A stretch of DNA of 64,000 nt. Source: Orbicella franksi (lineage: Eukaryota). The notes below the pieces were generated by a model. That model saw only the letters and a list, made by a program, of their open reading frames with translations. It was not told the DNA's origin and did not search any database. The stretch is taken from the NCBI GenBank assembly GCA_964199315.1, contig OZ116707.1, positions 22,878,001 through 22,942,000 of the forward strand. The letters run 5' to 3'. This document shows, in pieces, positions 24,901 to 34,417 of this stretch; within the stretch, counting starts at the first letter, position 1, and each line of letters opens with the position of its first letter. Position numbers and translations under genes: made by a program.

Positions 24901-27900
24901 CACGAGTCTGAATCTGTAAGACAACCCATAAGTGAAATCTTTATTTATTATTTTTACACTATTTTAGGGTGGTCCGTAGAGGGGGTCCGTAGGGGTAGTC
25001 CATGGACAGGTCCGTAGGGTAGTCCGCGGACCCGGTCCGTTGTCGGGGTCCGTGGACCGGGGATCAGTGTTTTGGGGTTACCCGTTCGCGAGGTCATGGG
25101 TTCGATTCCTGTCGGGGATTCAGAATTTTTCTTTGTCCCACGCTCGTGTCATGTTGATTAATTCACCTTCAAATTTCATTACCGAGCTTAAAATTCACCA
25201 TCTTTACTAACTTATCACTACTCACGATGACTTCGATAGCGTTGATCCTAGCAGTATGCAGGACACCTGTCATATGTAGGTCATGGGTTCGATTCCTGTT
25301 GGGGACTCAGAATTTTTCTTTGTCCCACGCTCGTGTCACGTTGATGGTAATTCACCTTCACATTCCGATAAAAATATTTTGTGTAAATCTACTATTCGTT
25401 AAAAACTTTATCTAAATCCTGTTCAAAGACACTTCGATAGGGCAAAGAAGCGGCCGCCAGTTTGTTAACCGCACACTGCTGTGCTTCTCACTGTCTACAA
25501 CAGAGTAGACATTGAGTCAGTAGTGTAGCCATTAATCAGAGAACAGCATTCGTGATAGAACACTTGCACCACAAGTGGACGTTTGGGAGAACAAAGCTCC
25601 GTGTACTCCGTGTAGTTTTTTCGAGTGATTCTAAAACAGCAAGATAGGAACCTGAAGAAGGTGCTTTCTATTTTGACAGCTCTGTCAAAAGACACTCTTT
25701 TTTTCCCTTTTAGTTTTTGGTATAGTTGAATACTTGTTTTGTAGGCGAGAGTTTGATTTTGCTTTGGATTTTTTTTAATCAGGACTCCTTATGTCTTTTA
25801 TGAGAGATGATCAGGTATAATAGTAAATATTACAACTTTATTTAACTGTTCTTTTTTCCAGGTTCAAAAAACCGGGCGGGTTGACAATGGACACCCCAAA
25901 GTAATAATCTAGGAAATCCACCATTCCACGTTTCAAGCGTGTGGTATGTCCGGAGAAAATTGCTACGAACATCATTTCCGTGGAAAATGAAGTGACTGCA
26001 AGAATCTCCCGTAAAAAGCGACGGTTTTCAAACCCTACCTTCTTTTTAATCTGAATATCGTCGAAATCAGAGAACTTGCATAAATCGTGCTGTAATTCGT
26101 TACCTTTATGTGAAGGTATTCTTGTCGTACAGTAGGTACCACAAGTGTGCAGGCAACATTGGCTCTGTCCAGGACAGTCCTTGTCCGAGGTGCACTTTGG
26201 CCCCTGTGCAGGACATGTAAGTGTTCGCCACCATTTACACGAGCGAGGTAGATTCGATTCACCAATCAATGCACCGTCAGGAGGGTTGTAAAAGAGACCT
26301 ACGAGTAAAAGCGTTACATATCAGTCCTGAGAAATATTTCAAATATTTCATTTGTTTCAATATAAATAATGCAAGGCGTGAATTGTGATGGCGTAAACGA
26401 GTGTGACTATTGTACTTTGGGCTTATGTGTAACCACTACTACTGTACTGTCGTCGCATTTTGTCCGTGTTCAATAGTGATACCTTTGAATCTCACGACGT
26501 CTACCTCATTCTGAACTGTAATTAGCCGAGGATGTAGGCTCTTTGGAGTACCCAGCACGTGACCAGGTCATTCATAAGTGACCAAGTCAATCATAAGAAT
26601 AGGTCACGGAAGAAAAACTAAAGTTATGGTGGTTTAGAAGCTTTTTAACGAAAATTTCCAAACGGCAAAGACATAGCTTGGCATTCAGCAAACAATTTTC
26701 TTACAATCGCGGATCTTTTAAGCCTTGAAGCACAATAATAATTCACATGTACTCATGAATGTATTCCGTGACAAATTTTCCATGATATCAATATTTATGT
26801 TCTCATTACTTTTGTTTGTTCCTATTACAGTTGACAGGTAATTGAAACCCTCCATTTGACCCCTTAAAAATATGCATAGTCGGTCTAGACCACCAACACA
26901 GTATAACAACGATTTTCAACCTGAGGTCTTTAAGATATTGGGTTTCCGCCCTCACACGACCCGTACCAAAATCTGCAATTTATAACCTTAGGCGAGACGA
27001 GAAGTCGTGCAACTCCGAGCCTTTGTCATGAGAGTTCCCCTCCCCCTGGTAAAAAGCATGTCAAGACCAAAACTGTCTGATTTCTATACCCAATCCCAGA
27101 CTAAACTGCCTGAAAACCATACTCTTCACAGCGGCACATACCTATATAGCTTATTTATGATGTACCCCCAGGTGTTAACTTGGAGATTTACGTAGTGAAT
27201 CTCTGACACCTTGTGCTTAGTACATGGTTTACTACACTAAGAACTTTGACCAGAACAAGTAAGATTCCTTAGCGTACTGGTCACTTCAAGTTATTAACTG
27301 ATCTGACTGACTGATGGAAAGGAAGGAATTTGACAAGGAGGGAACACATGACAGCCTAATGAACACCAAAATGTAAACAGGGTCATTCCATTGAATTACT
27401 CAGGTATCGAATGTGATCGATAACCCATAATAGCTGCCCAGGGTTAGACAGTAATCTTTTAAATGGTGTTAAAATTTCCTTTTTTCCTATTGGTTGATAA
27501 TATTGGTTATCTAGTTGTTTTATCTTGCGAAACGTATTGCATTTTAAAGGACACCAAAAGACAAAATTTTAACATTTCCAATAAATAACCTACTAAATTT
27601 CGCTTTTCATTTCCCAATTAATTGTTGGCCAACATAACAACCATTCACACCTCAGGAGCTCTCAGAGAGGAATTTTGTTAGCATCTAAGACTTTTTAAGG
27701 TGATTTTTTTAAGTAAAAGGTTATGGGAGAGATTTCTATTTTTAGTACAGAAAAGGCATATTTCGTGATCTGTTGCGGACCCGGTTACTTTTATTTTTGA
27801 AAATTTTCTATCTCTAAATCATTCATGACGATGCACTGATCTCGATCTCAACAAGAATTTCACTAATGCGTCACACTCATAGTGTAAACATTTTTGAGAC

Positions 27901-28922
27901 CGCACGCCCTTGTACTTTTATAACGCTAATCTAATACTCTCTCCACAATAAATTGCGCGTATTCCAAGATTTTAAGGCATTTCCTTTCTCTAAGGCGATA
28001 CATTATATAATGGATATAACCCTCTTTGAAGAAAAATCCTTAAAAGTTACTCAACTAGCATTGGCCACCATCCAGAGTAACAATGGAGGTGATAATTAAT
28101 TGGAGATGGTTCTTGATATGGATTTTATAAGTGTTTGAAACTTTGTCTGCTTTAAGGCTATCCTACATGTATATGTATTTGTTGTGTATATAATTCTCTC
28201 ATTTTCAGGTTGATAACATCGTTTGAGAAGCTAAAGTAAGCAATGATAATGATGATGATGATGGCTTCTCCATCGCCGATCGCTACGCCGCGAACGATAG
28301 AGAGAGTAGCGCAGTGTTCGGCGTGGGATCTAGGAGAAATCAACAGCTGCCCGCAAATGATAGCCTAAGGACCAGGGGCTTGAGTAACAATAAGGAGCGT
28401 GTTGGAGCTGTGTGCGAAAGCGGAGAACACACTGCGGTGTTTTTATCATTGAGCAAAAATAACTGTCTGCGAAGTGCTTAGGAATCAGGAGTAGTCATGA
28501 AATAACACATGGACAATACTTGTGCAAATTCGTTGAACTCTGCTCATTGTCCTGTCCTGTTGTGAGACTGGGAGCTTTAGCTGGCATGGAGTCACCGGTC
28601 CCTAAAGCTAAGTAGAACATGGCATTGCCAAATTGAAATGCTATGGCGCGGTGTTCAATTTCCAACCAGTTTGTTTTCTCCTCCCTTTTCAGTTTACTTT
28701 CTTAATTACGTTCTTTCATTTTCCTTCCTTCTCAAATTTGATGTTGAGGCCCATGACCGAAACAAGATGTTGACAGACGTTCCTTTGCTTGTCACGCAAC
28801 ATTCTGAAAAGAGTGCTTGAGCGCGCGTGAGAATCTTAAATCAAAGGCTTTTGAAGCCACAATCCAAACCCTGCTACGTTAAAACAATTAGCATCAACTC
28901 TTATGAGCCAAAACAGGAAGCG

Positions 28923-28956
<34 letters not shown>

Positions 28957-30706
28957 ACATGACAGAGGAAGAGGAATTAATTTTCCCTTGTTTCCGACCG
29001 TAAACGAAAACTATGTTGCTTTGCACAACATGACCCAGACAGAAGAGATCATCGTATACAAGTAAACAACAGCGCATTTATAGCGGCAACTGTTTCATAT
29101 AGCGCTTTAACTCATTCCTTCATTATCTTCAGCCGTAATTTTAAATTAATTTGAGTCGATGTGCTACCTCACCTTCACAGTTGTCGCATTAAGTTGATAA
29201 CAGACGCATGCCTCAAAAATTAAAGTGACTTTTGGTGCAATGCCAGACAACGAAATGACGAGAAGCAAACAGGGTGTGTTAAGTCTGCAAGCAATTAATA
29301 TAAAAAATCCTGCTAGTTCGTATATAATGACAGCATAGCGATCGTTTCACACGGTATTTTTAACTTAAAGGTCGCTTTTTGTCCGAAGTTATTTGCAACC
29401 TCATCATGTCTATAGCGGCTCCCTCGTGTGATAAGTATTTATTACCAACGGAAACGGTTTTAGCAAACATGTAGAGTTTCTTCTTCTATCATCATGTATT
29501 TATAAAATTGCGTGCAAAAGAGAAGCTGAAACGAACACACATCTGGAACGGAAAGGTCACGCGATAGCAAAAGACATATTCAACTTTTTGACGGGAGGTA
29601 TAAGTTTTAAAAACGACTGTCGAATCGAATCCCTCTCGATTTGCCCACCAACACGTTCAAACGGCAACTGTATAACACCCAGCCAGCCAACATCTGTGAA
29701 ATAAATCCTCTCCATTTTATTGGTCTCAGTAGACAAATGTAAACATTATTTTTTAACTTGGCGTGTTTTCTTTTGGGATCCTAGCAAATTGTTTTTCAAC
29801 AGATCAAAGTAAAATGCTACAAATAAAGGAGAATGAGGGATGGAGCGATAAATTCATATTGTAGGGTCGGAAATAACCGACGTTGCTTTTTTCGATTGAC
29901 TTCATGCTATACAGTGGCCCAAAGGTGTTTCCACGGAAAAATCTAAAAATTGCACGTTCCGATAAAGATCTTTTCTTTTATTCGAACGTTCACGTAATCC
30001 AGCCTTATTTTCGATCAAGCTACTCAGAAACAGAGATCCAAAAAAGGAAAAGAAAAAAGGGAAAGGAACGTCGACCTTTTAGATTTGTGTTTGCTTCCGA
30101 TATCTCCAGAAGAACATTCTGAACGCCTTTTGAAATTCGCAGAATGCGCGTATACGTCACGCAATAACACAAGAATGAACAACTGCCTTCATTATGCAAT
30201 AAACGTTCTTTTAACGATAAATGACAATTCTGTCCACGTCTACTAATCAAGATGAAATATTCCATATAGAGCTGTATTTTTTTCCTCGTTTAAATCCCAT
30301 TGAACACGCTGTGTTCGAATCTGACCCGTCACGAGCATGCGAATTGACAACCACGCGTATTAATCTTTAAATCCTGTGCGGGAGTGCTTTGTCGATGAAT
30401 CTGGACACTGTATCTCTTTACAATCCAATCTCACAAATTGAAGTAAACATAACGAGAGAATGCTCCTGTCTGCGCTATTGTATCAAACCATCTATATGTA
30501 CAAGTTAAAAGTTTGGTGCACGAAAAGTGAACAACAAAAGCAAGAACACAACGTTTCCTATCACACTGCCACAGCTTTGTCAGCAAGATCACTCACTGCA
30601 TGTGTGTGTATTCCCGGCATTAAAATGAACCAACTAGTTCTATAGAAGTACCTGAAACCGCGTGAAAGAGCGCGTAACACAGAAGTATCGCCACCAAATC
30701 CCTCAT
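1..30706 (-). CDS. Gene A (multi-exon, 3' end beyond position 1): giant secreted mosaic protein SP-WAP-FS/Kazal-Ig-Kunitz-WAP-WAP-VWA-TYx6-VWAx7-TYx3-VWA...
   Basis: 34 exons spliced manually, about 8,130 coding nt. All acceptors are AG, and donors are GT except two GC. The frame is continuous across all junctions. Domains were recognised from Cys patterns and VWA motifs. Confidence 0.9.
468..814 (-). CDS. Gene A exon 33: VWA9 N-terminal half (GKRPLDVGIVLDQTLA...GERRID...DAKK)
   Basis: Acceptor TTCTTCGGTAG, donor AAG|GTATGG, 347 nt, phase 1-0. Confidence 0.9.
941..1144 (-). CDS. Gene A exon 32: TY9 thyroglobulin type-1 domain
   Basis: TPCEKQ...PRCRPDGSF...QCANQECFCVD...GKPNC; 204 nt, phase 1-1. 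Confidence 0.92.
1520..1717 (-). CDS. Gene A exon 31: TY8
   Basis: QCKSLTKECWCVD...YLRCP; 198 nt, phase 1-1. Confidence 0.92.
2047..2265 (-). CDS. Gene A exon 30: TY7
   Basis: QCDMSYCYCVD...GRPVCDET; 219 nt, phase 1-1. Confidence 0.92.
2420..2715 (+). mobile_element. tRNA-derived SINE (full length) with 14-bp target-site duplication
   Basis: tRNA-like head (GGTGGCCTCATGGTTAG A-box; GGGTTCGAGCCC B-box) and a CORE/Meta-like central block TTGGGCAAGACACTTTACTCTCACAGTGCCTCTCTCC. TAAATGCCATAAGA is repeated at 2406-2419 and 2716-2729. Confidence 0.88.
2914..3130 (-). CDS. Gene A exon 29: VWA8 C-terminal half
   Basis: VLMLFTSGRWPSQYRDSW...IEIYAVGIG; 217 nt, phase 0-1. Confidence 0.9.
3455..3530. 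repeat. (TAAA)n microsatellite
   Basis: Direct reading of the TAAA/TGAA run in a gene A intron. Confidence 0.9.
3601..3929 (-). CDS. Gene A exon 28: VWA8 N-terminal half
   Basis: RPVDWAYVVDSSDS...RVGLITYS...GRRIDLAL; 329 nt, phase 1-0. Confidence 0.9.
4320..4557 (-). CDS. Gene A exon 27: VWA7 C-terminal half
   Basis: VVVVLTASPW...IQIYSAGFG; donor AG|GTGGAG; 238 nt, phase 0-1. Confidence 0.85.
5151..5473 (-). CDS. Gene A exon 26: VWA7 N-terminal half
   Basis: IDIGFVVDSSNS...FGMITYG; 323 nt, phase 1-0. Confidence 0.9.
5805..6024 (-). CDS. Gene A exon 25: VWA6 C-terminal half
   Basis: VLVVFAAGSWPSQYSQDW...VDIYGYGI; donor A|GTGAGT; 220 nt, phase 0-1. Confidence 0.88.
6387..6721 (-). CDS. Gene A exon 24: VWA6 N-terminal half
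   Basis: MDLGILVDSSSA...HVGIVYFA...DRRID; 335 nt, phase 1-0. Confidence 0.9.
7059..7299 (-). CDS. Gene A exon 23: VWA5 C-terminal half (GC donor)
   Basis: ILIVMSGGPW...VEVYSVGVG; donor AG|GCAAGT is needed to keep phase 1; 241 nt. Confidence 0.85.
7667..8001 (-). CDS. Gene A exon 22: VWA5 N-terminal half
   Basis: VDIAFVADSSSS...HVGFISYG; 335 nt, phase 1-0. Confidence 0.9.
8348..8582 (-). CDS. Gene A exon 21: VWA4 C-terminal half (not in the ORF track)
   Basis: Manual translation VLVLVTGGDWDPQYQSQW...VDVYSFSVG; 235 nt, phase 0-1. Confidence 0.88.
8909..9243 (-). CDS. Gene A exon 20: VWA4 N-terminal half
   Basis: LDLGFVVDSSDS...RVGFVSFS...QRRVD; 335 nt, phase 1-0. Confidence 0.9.
9549..9786 (-). 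CDS. Gene A exon 19: VWA3 C-terminal half
   Basis: ILIVLSGGSWNPYYRPAW; 238 nt, phase 0-1. Confidence 0.88.
10078..10397 (-). CDS. Gene A exon 18: VWA3 N-terminal half
   Basis: YPVDLGFAMDSSIP...RVGAIVFG...QRID; 320 nt, phase 1-0. Confidence 0.9.
10441..11261 (-). mobile_element. 5'-truncated Penelope-like retroelement (GIY-YIG endonuclease C-terminus plus terminal repeat)
   Basis: ORF 10737-11186 has [28 protein letters not shown], the PLE-type GIY-YIG with CxxC. There is a ~42-bp inverted repeat (10451-10492 vs 11170-11210) and a 16-bp direct repeat CATTTAAGTCTAGTTC at 10441 and 11246. Confidence 0.88.
10508..10553 (-). ncRNA. Minimal type I hammerhead ribozyme motif in the PLE terminal repeat
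   Basis: Minus strand reads UUGACU-CUGAAGA-U-GAC(13-nt loop)GUC-GAAAC-GUC^AGUCA: conserved core, stem I UGACU/AGUCA, stem II GAC/GUC, and a loopless palindromic ACGU stem III. Confidence 0.78.
11252..11617. mobile_element. MITE-like element with GTCT(A/G)GTTCACAC termini, containing a short LINE-type 3' tail
   Basis: GTCTAGTTCACAC on the left and GTGTGAACCAGAC on the right (12/13 match). The internal minus-strand TGTAAAGCGCC...GGCGCTATATAAAT(TATT)n resembles an L2/CR1 3' end (about 11277-11345). Confidence 0.5.
11683..11899 (-). CDS. Gene A exon 17: VWA2 C-terminal half
   Basis: ILLIIVASPQ...VQMYSVGAG; 217 nt, phase 0-1. Confidence 0.88.
12359..12711 (-). CDS. Gene A exon 16: VWA2 N-terminal half
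   Basis: PLDFGFLVDSSSD...RVGVVSYA...DRRID; 353 nt, phase 1-0. Confidence 0.9.
12741..13059. repeat. Interspersed repeat with an internal hairpin (probable non-autonomous DNA transposon)
   Basis: Palindrome CCCGAGCGGGCAAGAT-AGCTCC-ATCTTGCCCGCTCGGG at 12960-12997; intronic and GC-richer than its flanks. Confidence 0.6.
13421..13618 (-). CDS. Gene A exon 15: TY6
   Basis: KPCQQ...QCDRQYCWCVE...VTCPP; 198 nt, phase 1-1. Confidence 0.92.
13743..13952 (-). CDS. Gene A exon 14: TY5
   Basis: PWCRADGSY...QCYRSHCYCVN...GKPKCTYT; 210 nt, phase 1-1. Confidence 0.92.
14084..14284 (-). CDS. Gene A exon 13: TY4 (not in the ORF track)
   Basis: Manual translation LLTPCQQK...RCRKDGSYEEVQCQKNGIFCWCVDENG...IRCP; 201 nt, phase 1-1. 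Confidence 0.9.
14346..14522. repeat. Long near-perfect palindrome (foldback/MITE-like)
   Basis: TGGTAAACGCCATAGCGTGCACTATTGAGTTATGGA... pairs with ...TCCATAACTCAATAGTGCACGTTATGGCGTTTACCA; ~85-nt arms. Confidence 0.8.
14875..15080 (+). repeat. GGCCGAAGGCC hairpin repeat family, copy 1
   Basis: Matches the reverse complement of 39000-39226 and partly 23917-24004; central hairpin TGAGGTGATAG...CTATCACCTCA. Confidence 0.75.
15483..15698 (-). CDS. Gene A exon 12: TY3
   Basis: Manual translation TDCQKRY...PWCKPDGGY...QCYGSYCFCVD...GTPKC; 216 nt, phase 1-1. Confidence 0.9.
16098..16457. mobile_element. MITE with CCCGGGGGGTACTCCC termini and a 9-bp TSD
   Basis: TIRs at 16098-16113 and 16443-16457; GGTCAAAAT duplicated at 16089-16097 and 16458-16466. 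Confidence 0.82.
16725..16928 (-). CDS. Gene A exon 11: TY2
   Basis: Manual translation KLTPCQE...QCGGTSGQCWCVDKDG...LQCP; 204 nt, phase 1-1. Confidence 0.9.
17221..17430 (-). CDS. Gene A exon 10: TY1 (not in the ORF track)
   Basis: Manual translation TKCQRQ...PRCKLDGSF...QCRGSVCYCVD...GKPTC; 210 nt, phase 1-1. Confidence 0.9.
17655..17901 (-). CDS. Gene A exon 9: VWA1 C-terminal half (ITDG, MIDAS Asp intact)
   Basis: VCFVITDGAQT...VDVWSIGVG...AACE; 247 nt, phase 0-1. Confidence 0.92.
17982..18121. other. Assembly gap (140 N) in a gene A intron
   Basis: Run of N. The flanking VWA1 half-exons join in frame, so no exon needs to be hidden in the gap. Confidence 0.99.
19031..19377 (-). CDS. 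Gene A exon 8: VWA1 N-terminal half (DSSGS and T, MIDAS intact)
   Basis: EACKAIVDLAFVIDSSGS...GFTYIDRAL; 347 nt, phase 1-0. Confidence 0.93.
19758..19907 (-). CDS. Gene A exon 7: WAP3 four-disulfide core (GC donor)
   Basis: KKGTCP...C...C..DHDCDGDMKCCQQSCGRVC; 150 nt; donor AAG|GCATGT. Confidence 0.9.
20582..20755 (-). CDS. Gene A exon 6: WAP2-like domain (10 Cys)
   Basis: VCP...C...ECLTNDDCLSGTRCCSVECCPGSCRKECVNP; 174 nt, phase 1-1. Confidence 0.85.
20927..21068 (+). mobile_element. Highly 5'-truncated RTE-like LINE 3' end
   Basis: GYSWAHFERRAKDRGDWRSFVSGL resembles the RTE ORF C-terminus; (CAGAT)n tail; ATTAGAAACA duplicated at 20917-20926 and 21069-21078. Confidence 0.7.
21333..21518 (-). 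CDS. Gene A exon 5: Kunitz/BPTI domain (P1 Ser)
   Basis: FCDEPRADGNCSSFKIRWHF...CLPFVYSGCEGNSNNF...CESVC; 186 nt, phase 1-1. Confidence 0.93.
21865..21960. repeat. (AAT)n/(AAC)n compound microsatellite
   Basis: Direct reading. Confidence 0.9.
22118..22393 (-). CDS. Gene A exon 4: Ig (I-set-like) domain
   Basis: ISCRIEG...YRW...LTI...DDAGTYLCVA; 276 nt, phase 1-1. Confidence 0.92.
23098..23337. mobile_element. MITE with TAGACTG...CAGTCTA termini
   Basis: Imperfect ~25-bp TIRs (TAGACTGCGAGCAGATTCTCTTTTG / CAAAAGGGAGACTGCTTACAGTCTA). Confidence 0.72.
23506..23775 (-). CDS. Gene A exon 3: follistatin-N/Kazal domain plus Pro/Thr linker
   Basis: PCVGITCGHGEVC...CACPPRC...VCGTDGITYKSYCELMRTAC...GRC; 270 nt, phase 1-1. 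Confidence 0.93.
24030..25360. mobile_element. Cluster of tRNA-derived SINE-like units (one minus copy, tandem plus copies)
   Basis: Minus copy 24030-24201 has A-box TAGCTCAGTGG and B-box GGTTCGATTCC. Plus copies lie at 24202-24290 and 25084-25360. Confidence 0.75.
24289..25083. mobile_element. Non-autonomous DNA transposon with long GC-rich TIRs, inserted in a SINE-like unit
   Basis: GTAACCCGAAAACACTGACCCC... vs ...GATCAGTGTTTTGGGGTTAC; subterminal GGTCCG repeats. Confidence 0.75.
26104..26298 (-). CDS. Gene A exon 2: WAP1 domain
   Basis: RSCKWWRTLTCPAQGPKCTSDKDCPGQSQCCLHTCGTYC (8 Cys); 195 nt, phase 1-1. Confidence 0.9.
30652..30706 (-). CDS. Gene A exon 1: signal peptide MRDLVAILLCYALFHAVS(G) (not in the ORF track)
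   Basis: CAAAG-ATG context, hydrophobic core, small residues at the cleavage site; donor CAG|GTACTT in phase 1 joins the WAP1 exon in frame. Confidence 0.78.
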
Positions 30707-31825
30707 CTTTGAGACATGAAAATCCATCATCCACAATTTAGACCAATCATCTCTTGGAGGGTCGGTCGCGAACTGCACCGTCGAACAAACAAGAAAGGAG
30801 TTTTATTGACGGCTTTTTTTGCCTAAGATCAGATTTCAATTTGACACCTTAAGTTAAAGGGGAAACATGTGACACGAAAAGTGCGAGGGATAGACCATTT
30901 TTCTTTTCGGTCCTAGCACGCTATGCACACCATAATGCATGCATGTACATGGACTACATTTCCAAACACCCACCAGTAACACCTTTCCGTGAGAGAAGTT
31001 GCTAGTTTGAGCTCTTGAACGAACTGAAGAGAGAAGCTGAGATGTTCCCCTAGGGGCCTAAAGGATTGGACATTGACCCCCGTCCATAACCCCATCTTTC
31101 CTCAAGACGTTCCCACTAATTTTTAAATTCCCCTTTCCTCAGGGGTTAAAGATTCAATCAACACGGGGGCGATCGTTGCAACATCATACCAAAGTTAGTT
31201 GGAAAGTGTGCAGGCTCGCCAGCGAAGGGTATTTTTAATTTGTGTGGTAACGAATGAAGGTTCACAGGCATTGTGCGACACTGAGACATTGAGAACTTTT
31301 TACGACACTGAATTTGAAATCATCTTTAGCAGAATGATAGTCTATGTTCTAACCAATAAAGTTCTACGAAAGTGTCTGTGCCAATACAGTGATTGTACTG
31401 TGAAAGTATGCACAATTTTAATTAGCGGAAGTCACGTTCTCAGCTCGATCGCATTACAGTGCCCGTGGAGCCCAGTGGCACCACCGATAACTTAGTAGAT
31501 AACCTATCCTGTCTTAAAACCAGTCTGCATTCTTCGTTCGTAAAGAAATGTGCATACTAAGGCCATCTCTACACGAAGAATCTATCATCTGCTGTTTTAA
31601 ATCTTGTCGGCAAGTAGTTTACTGTGAGAAAGTGGGTGTTAATATGGACTCCAAACAAAAGACTGTCAGGCGTCCAGGCGACTGCTTGATGCATTCTTGG
31701 AGATATCTTGAAGTGACACTTTTTTACAGCGCGACCTCACGTGATAACCTCTCAAAATCCTGACACAGATCTTCCCCCTCGAAAATGCCATTTAAAACCA
31801 AAAGTTCATAATAATTATAAACTGC

Positions 31826-31867
<42 letters not shown>

Positions 31868-33796
31868 ACATCTCGTAATTCAACTCTCGCGAAATGGTTT
31901 TCATTTGCAGCGGCATGTCTTGAACTTCAACTATGGGCTCCTTGCTTTGGATTCTCACAAATGCGTCTTTAGTGTCTTAGTGAGATCGTGCTGGCGCGGG
32001 AAGCTTACCGTATATCACTGATATCAACTTTGACACCGTGAGAGGTATCGCGACTTAAGCTGTTTTGCAATCACTTGGAACACAAGGGTTGCTGTTTTGT
32101 AAAGACCGTTCGAACTGTTGACAGAAATTCCATGAGAGCAACTTTCATCAGGAAAGACATCAGTTACAAGGACACAGTGAACGAACAATAACCAAATTAT
32201 AAATTAATAGAGCGATTGTGTTTTAACGAGATGCAGAAGTCTGGCCTGACAGTATCAAGAAGGCGGGACGAGGGTGTGGGAGGGGCGAGGGCTGAAACGA
32301 TCAGAGATCCGATTTGCTGATCAAAGTTACAAAGAAGGTTTCAAAAATAGGCACAAACGGCTAGTTATTTTCTTTTTCTTTGTACCGATTACTGTTTTGA
32401 TCACATTATTTTACTTGACCTGGGTGGCTGATTTAGGATTTAATGTAACACGAGCAATAATTTTTTTTTAATTTATATAGCTTGTAAACAAGATTAAAAT
32501 GCCATAATATATAAAATGCACAGCACGAACAAATGAAATCGGATCTACAGCTTGAGTTATGTAATCTTTATGTCTGCTTTTTGTCAAAGATTCTGATAAT
32601 TTTTTTCCCAAAGGACAAGCGCAACAAAACGTAAAAAAGAGTTCCTACTGTGAGGCTACCTGTATTCAAGAACGAGAGTCGGGGGTACTCTGCAAGGCAA
32701 CAAATGTAATCACGTTCAGCCATCCGTAATACAGAGGATGTCATTATTGTAATCTGTCGATTGCAGGAGTCGTCACTTGACGGAGTGAGATACGTTGTTT
32801 CTTAGAAAGATGATGATCTTTTCACGACGCATGGTACATTGTCAGCATATTTGAGATGGAAATTTTTTCATCCAAATCAGATGTTTCGGATCAGGAGATG
32901 TCCGAATAAGGTATTCAACTGGTCCTCTAACTAGGACAAAGTCGAATCATTCCCTTATTTTCCTGGCAATCTGGAATTTTGATTTAGCTTTAATAAAAAC
33001 TTTATGGACCTTTATTCACCATATGGAGCCGCCTTTTCGATAATCACGCTATGTTCAGCATTCCTGGTACCTAAAACACCCTGCAGTAACAAGCAAACAG
33101 ACAAACAAACAAACAGACAAATAGACAACCGTACAGACAACACGAATGAACAGTATGTATGCTCAGAGATGAATAATATTACACCCAGCTCAAATTCCAA
33201 TATCGTTCTCAGAGGTTTTCTTTTCTGGTTCTTTATTTGCCACAGGTTTTTACTGAGCAAGACACCGTGGTCAATGAATTGGCCATTGCTCCGTCTTTAC
33301 TGCAAGGATCCGTAAGGAACAGTCTGTGTAGTATCCAGGCCTACTTAAGATTTTGGAAACGTGAGAAAATGAGGCGTTTCACTGGATATATGATAAGCAG
33401 CCAGTTTAACCTCTCTCATTGCATGTGGTCTATTTTATCTGAGCAAATAGACTTATAACATAATACTCATTTCCTATTTACCGGAGGAACACAATGTACC
33501 TTGTAAACAGAGGTGTTGAGTTCACATATTTTCAAGTAATTAGCAACGTAATAATTGATCTAGTTTGTTGATAAAGATCACGCCACCATACCACATACAG
33601 TCAGCATGCAAGCATGCATGGCATTGGATAAACAGGCAAAACTATTGTACTGCGACAGGGGTCTCTTTATGCACCCCCCTCATCCCCCGTGCTCGTGTAT
33701 TTTGCTTCCTATAGTCCCAACGCTTCGAGTAAGACCTCGAGAAGCCTCTCGTTTTTCTTAGTCCAAAAACGACCTTCGCGCCGCCATGCATAAGAT

Positions 33797-34417
33797 ACAG
33801 AAAAAAATAATTCGCCTTATGACTTTCCCGAAATATCGAGAATCTACGAAACCCCTATTTAAGCAACTAAGAATACTAGGTATATTTGAGTTAAACACGT
33901 TTTTGGTTAGTCTCTTTATGTAATTACAAAGAACAAACGTATTACCAAAAAATTTTCACAATTACTTTTCACAAAATAGAGATCTACACCATTATAACAG
34001 AGGATCTGCTAAAAGACTACACATGGATTATCGCAGAACAAATTACGGGAAATTCTCGCTAAAAACCATAGGTACCAGAATATGGAATGATCTACCTGAC
34101 GAAGTAAAGAACTCGCACTCATACTATAAATTCAAAAGGAAAATGAAATTGATCTTACTCAACAACTAATTGCTCGACTGTCTTAATTTTAGTTACATAA
34201 AAAAACTTGCATTAAGTCTTATCATTTTTATGGCCGTGTTATTATCAGCTCTCCGTTAGATAGATATGTAGTAGAAATTATAAAACTGCAATAGATGATC
34301 GTCAAGAAATGTTTGTAAAAACTTGCTGGGATCTCCTGCCAATAAAATCAATACCATGTATTAACGAGAAATGTAAAAGGAATGAAGCGGAAAATAAATT
34401 GACTTGAATTAAATTGA
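33797..34417 (+). mobile_element. Degenerate L2/CR1-group LINE 3' fragment
   Basis: Translates KKIIRLMTF...TKPLFKQLRIL...(stop)...LHHYN...RTNYGKFSLKTIGTRIWNDLP, a typical ORF2 C-terminus, followed by a 3' UTR. Confidence 0.75.

Noticed and set aside
25400-25695. Possible extra gene A exon equivalent to the gene B 8-Cys module
   Set aside because: The phase-1 frame hits a stop before any credible donor, and there is no matching Cys pattern.
28158-28343. Hydrophobic ORF (AIIIIIIIAYFSF) as the gene A start
   Set aside because: It derives from an (ATC)n microsatellite and has no suitable donor; 30652-30706 fits better.
33004-33312. Alternative signal-peptide exons for gene B (MDLYSPYGAAFSIITLCSAFL plus exon 33247-33312)
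   Set aside because: Weak donor, and the phases (0-0) do not join the phase-1 WAP exon. 41145-41220 gives a better signal peptide with a consensus phase-1 donor.
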